A stretch of 62,038 nucleotides of DNA, filler included. It is 3 parts of 3 records of this genome, joined end to end, with 100 filler letters (N's around TTAATTAATTAA, not from the genome) between each part and the next. Parts side by side here need not be neighbours in the genome. Positions count along the whole stretch, not along the records: positions 56,062 to 62,038 come from DRR723986_3120; 2 more parts are not named here. One strand, given 5' to 3'. The notes below the pieces were generated by a model. That model was not told where the DNA came from. It saw only the letters and a list, made by a program, of their open reading frames with translations, and did not search any database. The position numbers and the translations under genes were made by a program. Positions 59,244-62,038 of this stretch are shown piece by piece (the stretch's first letter is position 1; each line of letters opens with the position of its first letter).

Positions 59244-59266
59244 ATTGGTAATGTTTGCTTACCAAT
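59244..59266. promoter_or_regulatory. Palindromic operator upstream of lldD (GntR/FadR-type)
   Basis: ATTGGTAA-N7-TTACCAAT perfect 8-bp inverted repeat. Confidence 0.7.
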
Positions 59267-59300
59267 CAGAGCGGAAAAGATCAAATTTCTTTTTGCAGGC

Positions 59301-59347
59301 TTGACTAGTGCGATATCGCACCACATATGTAGTTCGAAATCGCACTA
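59301..59347 (+). promoter_or_regulatory. Promoter with two tandem 18-bp palindromes (probable MarR operators)
   Basis: TTGACT (-35); TAGTGCGATATCGCACCA (59306-59323) and TAGTTCGAAATCGCACTA (59330-59347). Confidence 0.7.
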
Positions 59348-59348
59348 A

Positions 59349-60467
59349 ATGGAGATGAGAATGACCTTTACCAGACGAAAAGCCTTAGCGCTGATTGGCG
59401 GCGGCACTGTTTTGGCGGCAACGGGAACGATTGGCGGTTGCAGCGCGATCACCACCCCAAACAAGGCGATACGGCCATGGGCCTTGGCGGGCGAATATGA
59501 CGACCCGCGGCTCAATGCGCTGAGCTTTGCACTGCTCGCGCCGAACCCGCACAATCTGCAACCGTGGCAAGTGCGGCTGGAAGGGAGCAATGGCCTGACC
59601 CTGATGCGCGACAGCACCAAAGCCCTGCCGGAGACCGATCCGCTGGACCGGCAGATCTTTATCGGCTTGGGATGTTTCATTGAACAGATGGAACTGGCCG
59701 CCGGCGCGGCGGGATACCGAACCAAGGTGAAGCTGTTCCCTGAAGGCGCAGGCGGCCCAGTTGCCTATGCGGCGCTGGCGCCGGGCGGCAAGGCCGATCC
59801 CTTGGCGGCACACATCCTGAAGCGGGGATCGTGCAAAGAACCCTTTGAGGATCGCGCAGTGCCCGCCGATCTGGCCAATCAGCTGGAGCTCTTGGCGGAT
59901 ATCTACACTGACCCCGCAGACGTCGCCCAATTGCGCAAACTGACCATTGATGCCTGGATGGTCGAAACCATGACCCCGCGCACCATGCAAGAAAGCGTGG
60001 ATCTGATGCGGATGGGCAAGGCCGAGATCAATGCCAATCCCGACGGAATTGATATGGGCGGTCCTTTTCTGGAAGGGTTGATGCTGGCCGGATTGCTCAG
60101 CCGTGAATCCTTGGCTGACCCAGACAGCAAAGGGTTCAAACAAGGTCTGAAGATGTATCAGAATATGCTGACGGCCACGCCTGCCTATGCGGTGCTCACC
60201 ACCAATGGCAACAGCCGGGCAGATCAGATCGCGGCGGGGCGCCGCTGGCTGCGGCTCAATCTGGCAACCACGGGCATGGGGCTGTCCTTGCATCCGGTCA
60301 GTCAGGCGCTTCAGGAATATCCTGAAATGAAAGAGCATTACGCGCAGGCGCATCAAATGCTCGCTCCCAAGGGGCAGACGGTTCAAATGCTGGGGCGCTT
60401 GGGCTATGGTCCTGCGACACAGCGCACGCCGCGTTGGCCACTGGAGACCAAGCTGATTGACGCATGA
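59349..60467 (+). CDS. Acg-family FMN-binding nitroreductase-like protein with twin-arginine leader
   Basis: TRRKAL leader, LAPNPHNLQPW, LPETDP.DRQ..IGLGCF.E, GLSLHPVSQALQEY; start may be 59361. Confidence 0.85.
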   Translation: MEMRMTFTRRKALALIGGGTVLAATGTIGGCSAITTPNKAIRPWALAGEYDDPRLNALSFALLAPNPHNLQPWQVRLEGSNGLTLMRDSTKALPETDPLDRQIFIGLGCFIEQMELAAGAAGYRTKVKLFPEGAGGPVAYAALAPGGKADPLAAHILKRGSCKEPFEDRAVPADLANQLELLADIYTDPADVAQLRKLTIDAWMVETMTPRTMQESVDLMRMGKAEINANPDGIDMGGPFLEGLMLAGLLSRESLADPDSKGFKQGLKMYQNMLTATPAYAVLTTNGNSRADQIAAGRRWLRLNLATTGMGLSLHPVSQALQEYPEMKEHYAQAHQMLAPKGQTVQMLGRLGYGPATQRTPRWPLETKLIDA

Positions 60468-60921
60468 GTTCGACCCCGCCATGATCTTCGACTTTTTCAA
60501 AGAGGTCGGGATCATCGAACAACTCAGCCGCGCCCGACTTGAGGCGCGGTTGCCGGACGGTCTGATTGCACCGCATTTTGCCGTGCTCAACCATTTGACA
60601 GTGCGGGGTGACGGCGCGGTGCCAATCGACATGGCCCGCGCTTTTCAGATTCCAAAGACCTCGATGACCCATACGATCAAAGGGCTTGTGCAGCATGGGT
60701 TGGTCGAAATGCGCTCAAACCCTGATGACGGGCGGTCCAAACGGGTCTGGTTAACGGACAAGGGCATTGCGATGCGCCAGGAGGTGATCACCGCGCTGGG
60801 TGCAGATTTTGCCCTGCTGGCCAAGGGGTTTGACATGGCCGCGCTGGCCCGGATCAAACCCACCCTGACCGCATTGCGCGAATACCTTGACGATGCCCGC
60901 GATGTGACTGCAGGCGGTTAG
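60457..60921 (+). CDS. MarR family transcriptional regulator
   Basis: HFAVLNHL, MARAFQIPKTSMT, PDDGRSKRVWLTDKG. Confidence 0.92.
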   Translation: MTHEFDPAMIFDFFKEVGIIEQLSRARLEARLPDGLIAPHFAVLNHLTVRGDGAVPIDMARAFQIPKTSMTHTIKGLVQHGLVEMRSNPDDGRSKRVWLTDKGIAMRQEVITALGADFALLAKGFDMAALARIKPTLTALREYLDDARDVTAGG

Positions 60922-60925
60922 GCGC

Positions 60926-61717
60926 TTAAGCCCGGTGAGCGCCGTCTGACAGGGTTTTTACAAAGGCAAGAACATCCGCCGTGCTGTCCCCTGCTGCAAT
61001 ACGCGACACGATGGCAGAACCGACGACCACACCATCTGCAACGCCTGCGATAGCCTCGGATTTTTCGGGGGTGTTCACGCCAAACCCGACAATCACCGGC
61101 AGGCCGCTGGCCTTTTGAATGCGGGTGACCTCGGGGGCCACGTCGCCCGCTTCGGCCTCAGCCGCGCCGGTGATGCCGGTGATGGAGACATAATAAACAA
61201 AGCCCGAGGTGTTCTGCACAACCCGTGGCAGGCGGTTGTCGTCGGTGGTTGGCGTGGCCAAACGGATGAAGTTAAGCCCGGCGGCCTGTGCGGGCAGGCA
61301 CAGCTCTTCATCCTCTTCGGGGGGCAGATCCACCACGATCAGCCCGTCAATCCCCGCCGCCTTGGCCGCCGACAGAAAGGCATCCACGCCCATAGAATAG
61401 ATCGGGTTGTAATAGCCCATCAGAACAATCGGTGTGGTGTCGTCCTGTTTGCGGAACTCTGCGGCCATCTCAAGCGTGCGGTTCAGGGTCATGCCCGCAT
61501 CAAGGGCGCGCTGGCCCGCCAGTTGGATCGTCGGGCCATCGGCCATTGGATCGGTGAAGGGCAGGCCCAGTTCGATCACATCCACGCCAGCCTCAGGCAA
61601 GCCGCGCATCACGGCCAAGGAGGCATCAAAATCGGGGTCACCAGCCATGATGTAGGACACAAAGGCTTTCTTGCCCTTGGTTTTGAGATCGGCAAATTTT
61701 GCGTCAATGCGGGTCAT
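60926..61717 (-). CDS. trpA: Tryptophan synthase alpha subunit
   Basis: [53 protein letters not shown]. Confidence 0.98.
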   Translation of the reverse strand: MTRIDAKFADLKTKGKKAFVSYIMAGDPDFDASLAVMRGLPEAGVDVIELGLPFTDPMADGPTIQLAGQRALDAGMTLNRTLEMAAEFRKQDDTTPIVLMGYYNPIYSMGVDAFLSAAKAAGIDGLIVVDLPPEEDEELCLPAQAAGLNFIRLATPTTDDNRLPRVVQNTSGFVYYVSITGITGAAEAEAGDVAPEVTRIQKASGLPVIVGFGVNTPEKSEAIAGVADGVVVGSAIVSRIAAGDSTADVLAFVKTLSDGAHRA

Positions 61718-61870
61718 GTCGGTGGCCTTTCAATGCTGTTGCCTTCGGCAATGCCGAAAACCGCCGGGGAAATCAATCCGCCACGCGGGGCAGGGGGCAT
61801 TTTTGCACCTCCAGAGCGGCCATTTGACCCGCTCCCTTCAAATTTCGGCCCGCCGCCCTATCTAGGGGGT

Positions 61871-62038
61871 ATGAATTATGTACTTGCCCTCTTTCTGCCG
61901 CCGCTTTCCATCCTGCTTTTGGGGCGGGTGTTTCTGAGCATCGTTGTGTTCCTGATCTGGGTGCCCGCGATATTGTTCACCGGCGGGCTGACCCATCCGA
62001 TGTTTGTGCTCTTGGCCTGGATCTTGATCTATCAGACC
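61871..62038 (+). CDS. Small membrane protein (YqaE/Pmp3-like), partial at window end
   Basis: AGGGGG RBS; MNYVLALFLPPLSILLLGRVFLSIVVFLIWVPAILFTGGLTHPMFVLLAWILIYQT. Confidence 0.65.
   Translation, partial: MNYVLALFLPPLSILLLGRVFLSIVVFLIWVPAILFTGGLTHPMFVLLAWILIYQT

Noticed and set aside
1-62038. tRNA, rRNA, CRISPR arrays, integron attC sites, anti-phage defence genes
   Set aside because: None recognised by eye; covariance-model and HMM searches would be needed to exclude divergent cases

Overview
Three unlinked contigs joined by artificial N/TTAATTAATTAA/N spacers (27491-27590, 55962-56061). Contigs 1 and 2 look gammaproteobacterial; marine Halieaceae/OM60-like is an inference from gene content and the rpsA-ihfB-lapA-lapB-pyrF order. 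Contig 3 looks like Roseobacter-group Alphaproteobacteria (rplY, lldD, trpA), so the source is probably a metagenome or mixed bin. Contig 1 is a lipid/steroid/amino-acid catabolic region: a WS/DGAT operon with two hydrolases, a TetR-linked TonB receptor-MFS-AADC-HADH operon, an omega-aminotransferase with LysR, a KstD-like flavoprotein, cytochromes c' and b, and a Lys1-type saccharopine dehydrogenase. It also carries the best candidate for an uncharacterised system: a YCF48 propeller-RND/MMPL-DUF1302-DUF1329 trans-envelope module followed by an exported M20 amidohydrolase and a NUDT19-like Nudix enzyme. Contig 2 has housekeeping and LPS genes, then a decayed accessory region (~43-56 kb). That region holds an F420-type reductase, a GMC dehydrogenase pair bracketed by directly repeated IS6 remnants, SDRs, a PQQ dehydrogenase, two divergent genes fused at a microhomology deletion scar, an orphan flippase and an IS3. 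Contig 3 has clear operator palindromes at the lldD / Acg-MarR divergent promoter. No tRNA, rRNA or CRISPR array was recognised. All family calls come from motif recognition by eye, not database searches.
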